Both the position numbers and the translations under genes were made by a program. DNA of 64,000 nucleotides from Pavona decussata. Lineage: Eukaryota. Shown here in pieces: positions 1 to 13,934 of the stretch (positions are counted from its first letter, which is position 1; each line of letters begins with the position of its first letter). The stretch is taken from the NCBI GenBank assembly GCA_977016875.1, contig CDRNST010000122.1, forward strand, positions 372,001 through 436,000. Reading direction: 5' to 3'. A model generated the notes under the pieces. The model ran no database searches, was not told where the DNA came from, and worked only from the letters and a program-made list of their open reading frames with translations.

Positions 1-2874
1 ATTGAGCTATAATTGAAAACTTGCTTTAGTTTGACCCATTGTAGCTTCGCAAAACAATGTAAAGTAGGTTTTGTTTTCGTTTGTTCGGCTGGCTTGCTTG
101 TATGTGTCAACTACTCTGGCGGGTACAAAAGACACCGCTTACGCATTCCAAGCTCATAATTGCCCAGTAAAACCCATCCTTAATTTTTCCGGTAGAACGT
201 CGTAAAGATAAAAGGTACATTTAAAATGTCGGCTTTTGCTGTTTTTTTGTGTCTTCACCACTTCAAGATATCTGATGGAAGCCAACGACTTTTCACCGCC
301 ACTCGACCAATGAAAGTTCGATTTGATGTCCGACTAATTACTCTTATTGACTACGAAATTACGCTACAAATTGTTGAAGTCCATTTGAATGCTGTCAATT
401 AAAAAAGACCTGTTGTTATTGAAATGAACAGTAAGGGTGCATTCAGAAGTAAAAGCAATGTAACTTGAGCAAATTCGGTTCTCTGAGCTTTCCAAGCAAA
501 GTGACTCTTTCCAAGCAAAGTGATCTCTGACACTTGAAACTCAGGAAGATCATCTCCGCTTATTTTCTTACAAAACTTTTCCTTGACGTTCAACGCTATC
601 ATTAAGAGCGTGGGGACTAATGAACTCATTAACTGCTTTTGCGGGCTTTGTTGTGAAAGGTTTTTTAATTTCCTAAAGAAACGCTTTTAATTGTCTTAAA
701 GGTATATCTTACTTACTGCACGGATATTAGAATCGGTAATTTACGCGTGCACGAAAAAGCTTTCGGCCTCTGAAAGAACTTTATTCTTAAGTGGATTTCA
801 ATTTGCGGGTTTTTGGAGGTATTGGGTTAGAATTCCAGGGGTGAATCAGATGGCTTTTTTCGCCTCTGATGCCATACAGTTTGGCTCATAATCAACTCCA
901 TCCGACAATTTCATTCTCTTTTGACCAAATTGAAGTTTAATTTACTTAGCCACAAGTTTTTGTAATTAGATTTTTTCGTACAGCTGGTTTCATTAAACGC
1001 ATTCTTTGAGCCTAACAGCCTGCCATTATCATCTGCACTCAAGAAACCATTTATTTTGCCATATGTGCTTTTAAAAAACAATAAATATCTGGGAAATGCT
1101 TGACATGCCTTTTTAGTTTCCAATTTAGTCTAAAGAAGAAAAAAAAAGGTAAATACAGTCTTTAAGCAATGATGTTTTGTGCATTGCAAGGTGAGAGGCA
1201 TTTGCGGTTCGGTTATAAATGAAATCAAGCAGCTGATAGGCATTGACATCTGACAAACATTCTTTCACCAAATTTTATTAAGGATTAACATTATCTAACC
1301 TGTACTAAATCTTTTTTGGCCAGCAACATATTTAGATAATGATCTGTGAGATAACCATGCTGTCTGCTTTGAATAGAGAGAGAAAAATGAAGGCAGAGAG
1401 ATCATAAGGTTGAGTGAAATGGATCCTAATGAGGAGCTAAGAACAACAACATTATCATTTCCTTAACATGTCAAAACAGTTCCCACCATCAGCTCTTCTA
1501 GATTGTGGTTATTGCTTTGTCCATATTTTACCAGACCCATTTTGCATCCATGACAAAATTTACATAGCTAGATAGGCCTTTTGTGCATACTTTCTGTACC
1601 TCCTGTCCTTGCAGACTGCTTATCCATGCAAGTTTTGTAGTTCCTCCAGAAGTAGATCTACCAAACCAGTCTGAAAGCTGTTCATATGGAACTAGGCTGC
1701 TTCAGTACTGACCTCACTTCAGTTTTTTGTGTAGGCCTTATGTCAGCCTTATGCGCCTACTGGCGCGCAGAGATTTGATGATGATGATGATGAATATTTG
1801 TTGTGTCGGCCATTTCCTCCAGGTTTTCAGTAGCAAACTGCTGACACCTTGGTATTAAATCAGGTTGAAAGTTATCATAGGTTTTACTTTATAAGTTCAG
1901 TTCTTTAGCTTGAGTGATTGAATGACCATGCAAACTAATCCCAGTTTTAATTTAAATGGTTGACTTTTTATCAGACATTTCCTGCCACACAGTTCTTACA
2001 TTGTACTATATGGTTACAACACAATCTTCATAATTCATACATGATCAGACACACAGCTCATGGGAGTTAATTAGATGATCACCAAATACATGTATTGTCT
2101 ATAAGATTTTTGTGACTGTTGACAGGAATTTGCATTTTGACATTTCGATTTGGGTGAACCTGTTCTTCTTTGATCCTTTTTGGCATCATACTCTTTCATG
2201 TTTTGGACAAAAAATCTTAAGGGGGTCAATGTTCTTACAGGGAGTGGCTTATTCCATTATTCTTGGTAAGCTGTTACTTCATTTTTCCAGGGAAATATTC
2301 TGTTGTGGTGAACTCTTTCCAAACATCTCCGGGATGGACATGTGTATAGTAGGCCCTGTTGTAATGTCACATTATCTCACAAAATAAACCAAAAAATAAA
2401 AAATATATATTAATTAATAGATGGTTGTCTCTGCCTGCACCATCCTTCCTCAACCTCAAAAGATGATGTCTTTATTGTATAGCCATCTCTCTATGCAGCT
2501 GTACAAAATGCCAGTGAGATTCAATCCTTACTTTTCTTTTCTGTCTTAGTAATGATGGCTCTTGCTAGCTGAATATTTCTGGGTCAACTCAAATTTTAAA
2601 GGCAGTAAAATTTTTGGCAGTAATGTTCATGAGATAGGGGGTGTCTTCGATAAGCCTCCTACCAAAAACAAGATGGGTCCTCTTCGAACAAACATGTTAT
2701 GACCAGTTCCCTTGGAAGGGTTGCATATTTTCACAATGAAATAGGATTGAAAGGATCCTCGTGAGTTTGCATTGTGTTGACCAGAATTCCTTTCAATAAT
2801 TATTAATAGTCATGTTATTGCTGTTATACACCTGTACATGCACCTAATACTGGTGGTCTCCTTCCACCTTTTAG

Positions 2875-5800
2875 GGAAAATAATTACCAAGGCTTGAATT
2901 TTGGTGATGATTACATTGTGGTGACACGTCCTCCAGATTTATCCAACACATCAAGTGCTTGGCACAATAATGTGTCGTGGGAAACCCAGGAGGAATTCTA
3001 CACACTGTCAGATGCAATTAGCCAAGAGGATATCATGGGTCTCAGACCAATTTTTAGAAAGGATCTTCCAAGAGACTACATTGCTTACTGGGAGGCTAAA
3101 ATAAATGGCAAAAGTGGGGAGAAATATGTCATAATTTCGGCCGGTATGTACATATAGGGTAAAAGAAAATTACTATAAAAATGTAATGAAAAAGTTGATG
3201 AAAGTTTACTCAATGTATGAGGCAGTCAAGTTGTTTTAGCAAAACTCAGTGGCTGATCTATTCAGCCTAAATATTGGTTATATAAGTTTGAATTTAAAAT
3301 TATCTGCAAAATCAATAAAGTTTCATACACTTTTTTAAAAAGATAGGTTTTAAGATGTCTCTTAAAACAATCAACATTTTAGTAATAATCTCAAATCTAA
3401 GGGAAGGGTATTCCACAGTGATGGCCCATTTTCTCCTCATCAACCACGGTGACTATTCATTTTATTCCATGTATTTTAAACAAAGAAGAACTAAAGTCCA
3501 ATTATTATTTGTGTTGTAGCGAGGCAAACTGGTGACCACCGCCTTGCTGAAGAAGGGCCGTTACCAAGCCCCTCTGACTTACTAACTAATCAAGCACTGC
3601 GAAATGGACATGGTTGTCACAGGGTCTATCGTCTAAGACCTGACGGCCTTATGGCGTGTGAGGACACCACAACGAACAAGTTTGTGGCAGCTACAAGGGA
3701 CATTGATAGTGACTCTTGGGTATGTTAATGTACCAGCTGTTTTTATAAGCAGGATAAAGAAGTTAAGTGGTAAAAGCAAGGAGAGTTAAATGATAGAATA
3801 AAAGTCTGAATATAAGCTCCCCCAAAAGTAAGCCCCTAAATCTCAGACATGAACACCCGTCTTGTAGTAAGCTTTTTAAGCCGTTAGCATAATGTTTCCA
3901 ACTATTTCAAGTGCAGCTATTTTAAAACTAAAAATTCCTTGAAAAATAATTTGTCCTGTCCCGAAAACAAGTTTCTCCTCTTCAGTGAAAAAAAAAGCGC
4001 CAGAAAAGGCCTAAAATCGGATATACATGTAAGCCCAGGGCTTGTATTTCAGAATTTTACTGCTTAGAAACTACATGCTTCTGAAAAATACAAAAATGTA
4101 GGCTTCCAAAGAACAATCTTGAGCTTATCTCTAGTAGTAACTACGGTATTCTTCAGAAACACACACTTGAAGATAGAGATATCTCCATGGCACCAGAAAT
4201 ATCTATNNNNNNNNNNNNNNNNNNNNNNNNNNNNNNNNNNNNNNNNNNNNNNNNNNNNNNNNNNNNNNNNNNNNNNNNNNNNNNNNNNNNNNNNNNNNNN
4301 NNNNNNNNNNNNNNNNNNNNNNNNNNNNNNNNNNNNNNNNNNNNNNNNNNNNNNNNNNNNNNNNNNNNNNNNNNNNNNNNNNNNNNNNNNNNNNNNNNNN
4401 NNNNNNNNNNNNNNNNNNNNNNNNNNNNNNNNNNNNNNNNNNNNNNNNNNNNNNNNNNNNNNNNNNNNNNNNNNNNNNGTAAAATTTAATCTTACATCTT
4501 AAAATCTTAAGCAATGAAATAGAAATGTAAACTAAGTTTTAGTTCTAAAAGCTAGCACGGGAGACAAGGTGTCACTGTCCAAGGAACACAATGCTTGAGG
4601 GTTTTGAATCAGTAGTGAAATTTATACAATCAGAATGGAAGGGTTAGCTGGACTTACGAGACACTGGAATGTGAAGTTGGTAAATGCTTGGCTTAAAGAG
4701 AGTGTTATTCGTTCGTTAAGATAAATCATGCTTTAGGAGATTATCAAGATAACACGAATTTAAACTTGTTAAGATGTGTTGGGAGGGGCTAATTAATGGA
4801 CAGTGAAAATGGAATTATAACATGAATCAGTTTAAGAACTGATTAACATGGTTTTTTGTTTTCCTTTGGAAACTCGGTCCCTGGCACCACCTGGTGTAAG
4901 GTACTTGTACTTTCCAAATTGTTCAATCCAAGGATTAAAAGTCAAAAGTTTGACCATTCAAATCAACGCTTTTGAGCAGCGCTTTTCTGTAGTCTCTGCG
5001 TTAGTTAAAATTATTTTCGATTCACAGTAGGTGGTAAAATTTTTCCAAATTTCTCATATTTGTTCCCTGGTATTCTAAGAGAATAATGAGTTAATAGGTT
5101 TACTGTGCATATCAATATGTCAAGGGTAAAAGGCAAAGGTTATCTTACTCTCAATGCTCAGAGAAGATAATAATGTCGGCATGGCTATTCTTTAAATGAA
5201 GTGATGATATACTGCGGATCTGGATGGCAAGACTTAAAAATAATAGATCGCTTACGGCGATTTAAAACAAAGCGGGTCTGCTCTTTTTATTCGGAAAAGA
5301 AAGGAAGGTCGGTGTTTTGAGGAGAGTTCCAGGGTCGGTTTTTTTCTTTTTTTTTGCGCCAAATCGGCTTACAAAGATGAGAAATTAATCTCAAGCAAAG
5401 ACGACGCTTTATAAAACGTCCAGTACGGCATTCAGTGCCTCTCTAAACCGTTATCCTTATTATCTGAGAAAAGACGATTAGGTTCTGTTTGTTTCGTTTA
5501 TAAATGGCTTTTGGCTTTTTTACGCTTTTCGTTTTAACAGTTCTGACACAACGTGCAGGAACACTGGAAACCGATTACGGTATTACTGATTGTTGTTTGG
5601 GCCGACGCCTGTCACTTGAAACTAGTCTGTGTGTCGGCTACTTTGAAATTGCCACTTGAACAAAAAAGCAAAGAAAATGAACATCATCGCTGAAAAGTGC
5701 TACTCAGTAGGTTTCATCTGAGTGATAAGGTTAGGGTTTTTGTCTACAGACGCATAAGTTTGAACCACCTCGTTCAGCATAAGAAACTGTACCACAGGAA

Positions 5801-8552
5801 AGTACTGCCGCATATGTTTCAACCACTTGCACGGCGTACATGTAATAAACAGCGTGTCTGGAAACTAAGTACTGTGAGTAGCTGTTATGTTTAAATGATT
5901 GTGAAAACGTTTATAAACCTACCCATTTGAAGGGCTGTCCAGTGAATTAGGTATGTCTGTAATAATTATTAACTACTGGTTTAGGTTACACTGTTAGAGA
6001 AACTTGTTTTAGCCGCCGGACTTGTGATGACTTTAGTAATCGTCCATTCGCACAGGATATCGATTGGAAGAATCTGGACAAGCAAGTTAATCGTGCTTTA
6101 CCTAACATGAAAAAGGAATGGGACAAGCTGGCTGAACGTGTTAAACAGGATCCAGAGTGGGTTAGATTCCAGTGGCTGTGGATGGAAACAGGTAATGCTG
6201 GCTCTGAGGCGACCTCGTCGATTCTCTTTATCATTAAATGATCATAACTTTCACTCCCTTTCAGTGAAATTAGCCGTACTTTGTTACAAGGCAAAACAAT
6301 TGTTTCTGCTCTTGAAATTCACGGAGGGAGACGCGGATGCGAACCTTACATGCGCCAGCCGAAGACCGCACGAATTCATAACACCGAACGACTCAAAAAC
6401 TACGGACTGTTTTGCAGTTTTATTACTATTAATATCATGCCGTGTTTAAGTTTATTGCGCAAACTCTGTTACTCTCTATGTAACAGGCCAAATCCTGTAA
6501 AATGGCCAATTATCGTCGTACTTTGTTACCGAAATACAACCACTACTTGTTACTGTTTTATCTGATTAATGTACATTTGATAAATTTGTTTTGTTCTGTT
6601 TTTTGGTTATTTTGTTTGTTTGTTTGTTTCTAGCGTTTGCTGAATTGACGTAAATAGTGTATATTAGTTGTAAGTAGCCATTTTTGGGCTCGCAGACGTC
6701 TTCTAATTCTTGGATGCGCCAAGGTGATGTTACAGGATTTGCAACGACGATTTTCAACACGTTGCGAGTTTTTTAATCAACGTGCGGAGCCAAATCCAAC
6801 GAAAATTACGTAGAAAATTGTCCATGCGCCCTTGTTACAAGGCATCATCTTTCTTTCCCCGACAGTGTTGCGCTGAAAACCGTCGTTGTAAACTTTTAAC
6901 AATATTTTGTAGTTCCTCTTCTTTTTCAATCCAGAATCACCACATCTAATTTTAAGCATCTTTCAAAATTTCTTTCAGAAAAAAGGTTAACAACCACACC
7001 AACAATAGCTGTGCCAACGCAAACACCGACTACCTTAGAAACAGAATTTAATTTCCAAGTGGAGGAAACCGATGGCGGTTTTAAGGCCGAACTGGGTCTT
7101 CGCCCTGGTGATTCGGTTCGTATTCCGCTCGGTGAAGGTTTCCGTGAAGTTCGTATCAAATTCGTCGGCTTACGAGACGGGGAACGGAAGAAGGTAAAAG
7201 GCTGGAAGAAACGTTGGCAGAAGCGACTTTGCCGGGTGCTGTGTGGTCTGTGTGAAGGTGAGGGTTACCTTGATATGACCATGGTCAATAAACGCTTCTT
7301 CAAAATCACAAGGATGGGAGATCGCTTCATCAAGGTCCAAGTTGACGTAGACGAGTCGTTTGTTCGTAGACATCTAGAAGGTCATGAAGTACGCTTCAAA
7401 GTAGAGCTACGAACCCGCGGGTCTAATGTTATGGTTCTCAACTATGGGATCATGCTTCGAAGCAGCAGACACCGGCGCTCCTTTTCTGACAAGTATTTCT
7501 CTATACCCCACGAAGAACTTTTCCCAAGGTACCGTCAACACCAGCATGGCCAGTGTATGACCGGGTCAGGTCCAGTGGCCTGGGCTAAAGTACTTGGTTA
7601 CTATGATAACATGGCTACGGGAAGCTCCAACTCAAGTTATCCGTAAGTTCTTCTTTTTTTCTCTTGATTTACTGTGAGTTCTAAATCCAAATGTGTCGGA
7701 AGTAATGGGTAGCAGTAACCTAAAGAGAGTGTCAAGCAAGAGGATGTTACTCCCTGAAATGTGGTGAACTCGGTAATACGTTACTGACAGGTTATTTTTG
7801 TACTAAATGCAGAAATTTCGGTTACTGATCTGTAAACCGCCGTTGCAACTACTTTATGGTTGTATTAAGCTTTTCTGAAACTTTGAAGTACTTATTTTTT
7901 TAATCCTTCTTTGTATTTTTGAAGGAGCACGTTTAAACTAAACAGAACCCCATGCAATACCAATCCTAAATCATTAGGTTCTGAGTGACCCTAGGAGCAA
8001 TTCGTTAGAAATTTTGAAGTAAAATTACTGACGATTCTTTCTTTTCATTGCAGATCAATAACTCGCCTGACAGGTTTGTCCACTCCTTTGCCACTGACAA
8101 TGGACACCTCAGTGAAAAACATGATACAGCTTATCTTTCATAAGCTTGGATCCCATTGCTCCTCACACGGAGGAGGTGTAACCTCGCCTGCTCAAATGGG
8201 GCGAATCAGAAAAGCCTTCAGGAAAGTCATGGGACGAGAATTTAAGGTCGTTCATCGGGTTGGCCGTAAAAAAGATACAAGCTATTGGACGGATTTAATA
8301 AAGGAACTACTTCGAAAGGGCTACCCTGTCATAATCAGCAAAGAGACTAACACTCCTGGCGAGTACCATTATGTGGTTGTAACAAGAATCAGGCAGAGCG
8401 CTAAATACTACAGTTATTGTAATCGCAAAACCGATGTATGTTCACCATGGACTTTACAGGAAGAATCACTTGTTTTTGTTCACGAGGAAGACAGACCTGG
8501 CAAATGGGAAAGTGCTGACACTGACTTTGTTGCTGCGGTCATTGTTAAATGA
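2875..8552 (+). CDS. Multi-exon gene, 5' end not found: papain-fold (peptidase C10/C39-like) protein with catalytic Cys replaced by Ser; probable pseudo-peptidase
   Basis: Exons with AG/GT boundaries and consistent phases: 2875-3143, 3520-3719, 6056-6191 (acceptor least certain), 6979-7642, 8054-8552 (stop TGA). Motifs: YIAYWEAK..YVIISA..GDHRL (streptopain-propeptide-like), QHQHGQCMTGSGPVAWAKVLGYYD (GC[G/V]xxAxAxxxxYY-type nucleophile helix with S at the C position), KGYPVII and GEYHYVVV (catalytic His strand). The first exon, which needs a phase-2 donor, was not identified. Confidence 0.75.
4207..4478. other. Assembly gap (N run)
   Basis: Run of N inside an intron of the first gene; ORFs spanning it are artefacts. 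Confidence 0.99.
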
Positions 8553-9769
8553 AACAAAATCACATTAGGAAGTCGTGACAATGCTGGGATCGACTTCAAT
8601 AGCCGTAGACTTGTAATTTGCCCACAGACAGTCATCATCTCGCTCTGTCCCTCTGAACAGTTTTCTAGTGGTTATCGTAAACTCAAAGCTAAGAACTAAG
8701 AAGTTGGAACCAAGAACAAATGTTAACAAATGAAGTAAGCCAATCAAATCAAGTCGTGGAGAAAATTAGACAACATTTTCCAAGTGAGGGAAACCGTACG
8801 CTAGCCATGCTCTGATTGAGCTTGGTCTTGCTCCCGATTGTTTGAAATTACAACATAAAGACAGCATGCTTGATCAAGTGGTTGACCAAAGCACAGACAG
8901 GACTACTTCTGACAGCCAGACGAAAACTGCTTCTGCTCGATTTTTCACCGTGATAAATTGTCGAACTGCAGATTACAGGAAGAACATGCGAAGAAATTAT
9001 TAATCGCGTATTCTTGAACCAGAGCCACTGGAGCAACTGTATATATTGTAGTTAAAAGAAACTATATATGGTTTTACTTAAGCGCAAGTGATATTCTTTA
9101 TACGTTAAGTTATTTCTCTCTCCGCCTCAAAGTTAATCGTTGGTCTGTGTTCTTTCATTGTAGTATTTTTAACCCTTGATTAGCATCAAATTTCTCCTTG
9201 AAATATCAATACTTATTCAACCTCTGAGGTTATGAGAATTAAGGATATAAGCACCCAGTACTTTTACAAGAAAAGTATGGGGACAAGAAAGGCAAATTTG
9301 TTCTTTGATATGAAGAATTGACGATACATAAACGAGTATTCTTTTCATAGTACATTGTTTTAGAGAAAATGAGTGCCCCTCCCCCACCCACCCAAGACAT
9401 AAGTCTTCTCTTATTTCCCAGTATGTTTTACGTGTATAAAATATTTCATTATAAGTTGTTATTGGGTCCGTTATATTGTCGAATTATGCGGACTGGCATT
9501 GCCAAATATTTTGTCTTTGCTTTTTATATATGTAAAAACAAAACAAAATGTATTTTAGGTTTGCTCTATGAACATGCAGCTGCAGACCTTTCAGTCCTCA
9601 TAATGTCCTCAAGTAGAGGTAACTTCGATGTGAAGAAATAAAACTGATAAAACCATAAGACAATTCCTGGTCACTCCAGATACTTTGCTGAAATACAGTC
9701 ACTTTGGGTTTATATTACTGGTGCTACTATTATCAGCACCATGTTCCACATTTCTTCAAACAAGCCACC

Positions 9770-10010
9770 AGGGCCCGGTTGATTGAAAGCTGATTAACGC
9801 TTATCTATGGTTAAAAGTTAATGGAGGTTGTCAGCTCGCTCGTTAAAAAATGTTTTTAAAATCTAATTTTAAAGCTAATGGTAAAGAAAAGTCAAATTCA
9901 AAACTGAGGGACAACAATCTTTGAAAAATCTTCATTGATTGGTAATTTTAAAAACTCGAATCAAAGTTAATCCAGGATTAGCTTAATCGGGCTTTGAACA
10001 GCTTGGGCCG
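9770..10010. mobile_element. MITE-like element, degenerate; related copy in opposite orientation at ~20024-20271
   Basis: Imperfect terminal inverted repeats (gggcccggttgattgaaagctgattaacg ... gattagcttaatcgggctttgaacagcttgggcc); similar ends recur at ~20.0-20.3 kb. Confidence 0.55.
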
Positions 10011-10040
10011 AGAGACTATTTCCTTTTCGACTTCGATGAA

Positions 10041-10174
10041 CTGGGGTGAGTTGCATAAAATTTTACGTCGGGCGTAACTGCTCACGCCAGACCTTCAGCC
10101 CAGTCACATTCAGTATTTTAACGTCTGACGATAGCATTTACGCCCGCCGTTAAGTTTTATGCAACTCGTCCCTG
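10041..10174. mobile_element. Small palindromic MITE
   Basis: gagttgcataaaattttacgtcgggcgtaa ... ttacgcccgccgttaagttttatgcaactc form an inverted repeat. Confidence 0.6.
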
Positions 10175-10990
10175 GTTCGGAGAGAGCAAATTTAATTTCT
10201 GCTAAACCAAGCCACAATAGTGACTAGCTTCTAAATTCTCCTTACAGTCTTACGACTTGATCATACAATACAGACCATGAGAATAAAGGAAATGATCATC
10301 AAAGGTGGAACGTCTTGATTTGAAAAAAATTTTCCCAACTAGCTTCATAAGAAATATATGGAGGACAGTGAGGAGATTATGCATGTTGCCGTGTTTGCTC
10401 TGCACTGCGTGGTGACCGGTATATAATTTCTCCTTACCTATCACTACTTGGTCAAACAAACAAGTCATGAGAATGAAGAAAACGATCATCAAACACAAGA
10501 TGGCTTGAGTAAGACACTCGCTTGACTCAGCAGAGAGGCACCAGGAATCGTTGTAGCTCTTCTTTATTCTTTAAGTAGTGGTTCTTCACTACATCAACTC
10601 GACAACAATTCTACTCAATTCTACATCTACTCTACAAATATCACTCAAATCGCGCCTTACTTTATAGTGTGCTGTAAAACATGTTTGCGACTGTAATTTA
10701 ACCAAGGCCAGATGCATGGTCCCAAACAGAGATAAGAATTGGTCTTGCCAAAATACACTTACAGGAAAGAACAACACAACTGTTCTAAGAAAATAGATAG
10801 AAATGTACTGAGAAGAGTAGGGAGAGTATACACACTGTCTCTATCATCTTCACTGGGGGAGGAGTGACGGTTATCCCCGATTTTAGAAACATTGTAGAAC
10901 TATAAAGTGGGATGAGGGGAAGTCATGAAAGTTCCATGTCAAAATAGGAACGCGCGATGAGGATTTTACCAACTCATGCTCCCTTAATTC

Positions 10991-13934
10991 TTGCAGATGA
11001 TTTTGGGTGCATGGAGGTGAGCTGATGGACGTGACTTGCTTGAGCTTTTACCCTTAAGAACTGTTCAACATCTCAACTTCTAGCTAGAAAATATGCTCTC
11101 TTGGTAACGATTCCATGTTCATCTTTGCTAGAAAGAAGTCTCCAGTAAAATACACACTGGTAATGTGTCATGATGTTGAATGTTGCCACCAGTAAAGAGT
11201 GAAGAGCAACTTGCACGAAAACAAATTATCTGACCTAAATAATTGATAAATTTACACCCTTCGGCGCCTTAATTTATAAGAACCGGCACGTTCTTCAGCA
11301 CTTAAAAACTGCGATATGACGGCTGCCTTTGTTTTTTATTCTAATTTTTTTTTCGTTGTCCTTTTGATCGAACTTATATCGTTATGCGGATGTTGTTGAG
11401 CCAACCGCAATGAGATTTCCACTTTCTAATCCTCTCCGCCTCTAAATAAACATATCTTTTTCTCCTTGCGATCATCTCCAGAATTTTGTAATCCGGCGAT
11501 TCGTTATTGGATTAGGAAGTTTCGAGACAGGAAACTTCCTTCGGGAGTATTTTTTTCGACCGCCGTTTTTCAACACTAGGCTTTGAGGGTCCTCTTAAAT
11601 AGCTGTTAACTTGACCTTCTTCAGACCGTTTTACTTCAGCGAATTTAGAGACTGAAAATATGGTTACAATTAAAGTGTCAATTGTGAAAATTTAATACAA
11701 GAACCCAATTTCAATTTTCAAATTTTTTAACCTTTTTTATTTTGCCGACGTATGGTATCCTTGTGATACAGCCGACGAAAAAGAAGGCTGCTTTGTTTTC
11801 GTGACTATAAGACGTCTCAACATGCCGCCAAATCTACGGTTTCTGCAATACAAAGCTTTAGGAGCTTTAGTACTCCACCCCTTTGATGGGATGCAAGTCC
11901 GTTGCAGGCCATATCATGTAGTCTGAGACAGGAAGATTTCCGAAGCGCCCCATACTCGCGTGAACAAACCTTCCGTTCTCTTCCCTGAGCAAGACACGGC
12001 TTTGAATCGCCTCTCTGTACCCACTTGTTCAAACCAGGGGTAAGCTAACTAGAGTTCATGCAGATTCTCTGTGTTTTAAATTTTGACTTGGCATATTTCA
12101 AACTGTAAATTGAAACTAATGAAATTATTTCCTTTTTGGTGAAAGAAGTTAGCTTTCTTTTGGCTACTGCAATATGGATGTACAAGTACCAACCTATATA
12201 TGTCGTTGTCCGACCTCGTTTCAAAGGTCAGACACAAAGAAAAGAGAGCCTGGAAAAACCGTTCGTTTTCCACATTCCGAGTGCGAAGACATCTTCGTTG
12301 CTAGGCAGTAAGAAATTACATATTTTGATGTTGCTAGGGAGGAACCCTGCCGAATCTACGTTTTCTACAATACAAAGCTCTAGGAGCATTTGTACTTCAC
12401 CCTTTTGATGGGATGCAAGTCCGTTGCAGGCCATATCATGTGGTCTGAGACAGGAAAGAGTATGCAAGCTTTGTGCCCCACTCTCTCATGAACACACCTT
12501 GACTTCGCATATTTCATACTGTAAATTAAAACTGACGGTCGACACATTATTTACTTTTTAACTGAACGAAAGAAACTAACTTTCAGGTTTATGAATGAAA
12601 CTAGTACGCGGAAACTATTCACACGGTTACCGCAATATGGTACCAACCAAAAACTGCCGTTGTCCAACCTCGTTTCAAAGGTCGGACGCGAGGAAAAGAG
12701 AGCTTGGGAATACCGTTTTCCACGTGCCGAGTGCGAAGACGTACATCGTTGCTAGGCAATAAGAAATTACATATTTTGATGTTGCCAGGAAGGAGCCCTG
12801 AAACTTGTTCAAAGACCGGCTTGGATGTTTGCCTGAGAATATTGGACATCCGTGCGATTTGAAGCTTACATAAAAATGAGTGCCGGTTGATGATTGACAT
12901 TTCACAGCTCCGTGTAAAATAAGCATGAGCAATGACTGTTTCATCTAACCTTTCCTTTTTTTTAAACATCGATGCTCTTTTTGCAGATGATATTGGGAGC
13001 ATGGAGTTCAGCTAATTGACATGACTTGCCTTACCTTTCATTCTTTAATACTCGTCAACGTTTAGACTGAAAAAATACTTTTTGTGTTGGAGTGATGCCA
13101 TGTTCACTTTGCTAAAAAAAAGCCCCTAGCGAAATACACACTGGTAATGTGTCATGGTCGTCATGATGTTGAATGTTGCCACCAGTAAGGAGTGAAGGGC
13201 AACTTGCACGAAAACAAATTATCTGACCTAAATAATTGATGAATTTACACCCTTCGCGCCTTATGATTAGAGATACGCACTGTTTAGCGCTTTTTGGGTA
13301 AACTTGTTATCTGAGTTGGCTCGTTCTTCAGCCGTGAAACCTTGAAGACTGCAGTATGAAGGATGTCATAGTGATATTGCTGTTGCTATTCATCCCAGTG
13401 GCTTCAACCAGTAAGTGTTTTATATTTGCGGTATATTTCCGTTCTCTTTTTGATCGAATTGATGTTGTTATGCGGGCGTTGTCGAGTTAGCTGCAATGAG
13501 ATTACCACTTCTTAATCCGTCATTCTGGTCTCCAAAATCTTGTAATCCGGCAAAAGGTATTCTGTAGACTCTTGAAGCCTGCTAGCAGTTTGTGAGGCCT
13601 AGAACTTTCTTCAGCAGTCAAAGGTTGACTTTTAAATTCTCCTTTTAGAACGTCCCTTACAAGCAAACAGCTGCGTTTCAGACCTAAGCAAGAATTGGGT
13701 CTCCCTCGATATCTCTTTAACTGATATTTTGTGGCCGTTTTATTTAATCCAATTTCAAGACCCTGGAAATATTGTGACAAGTTGGGGCTCAGTTCGTCGA
13801 CTGTGTTAAAAGTGTAAATTTAATGTTGCAACCCAAATTTTCAAACTTTTTTCCCTTGCCGACATATTTTGCTCCCTGTGAAACAGACGAAAAAGAAGGC
13901 TGCAATAGCATGCTTTGTTTCCTGAACAAGACGG
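10991..13934 (+). repeat. Diverged tandem duplication (~2 kb period) of the promoter/exon-1 region of the Tae4-Hint gene, with nested smaller duplications
   Basis: 10991-11817 aligns by eye with 12981-13934, e.g. the shared gcaacttgcacgaaaacaaattatctgacctaaataattgat. Also 11823-11990 ~ 12348-12500 and 12165-12348 ~ 12625-12800. Confidence 0.8.

Noticed and set aside
1400-2400. Minus-strand coding-like sequence with Cys pairs
   Set aside because: Multiple stops and no motif I can assign; probably an old transposon relic.
4119-4514. ORFs of 100-127 aa spanning the first gap (likewise 16258-16842 and 16282-16644)
   Set aside because: They consist mostly of N-derived X residues.
5750-6055. Possible extra exons of the first gene (5750-5873; longer acceptor at 5985)
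   Set aside because: Their phases do not join the phase-0 donor at 3719 without a further unseen exon; the acceptor at 6055 fits directly. Left unresolved without RNA data.
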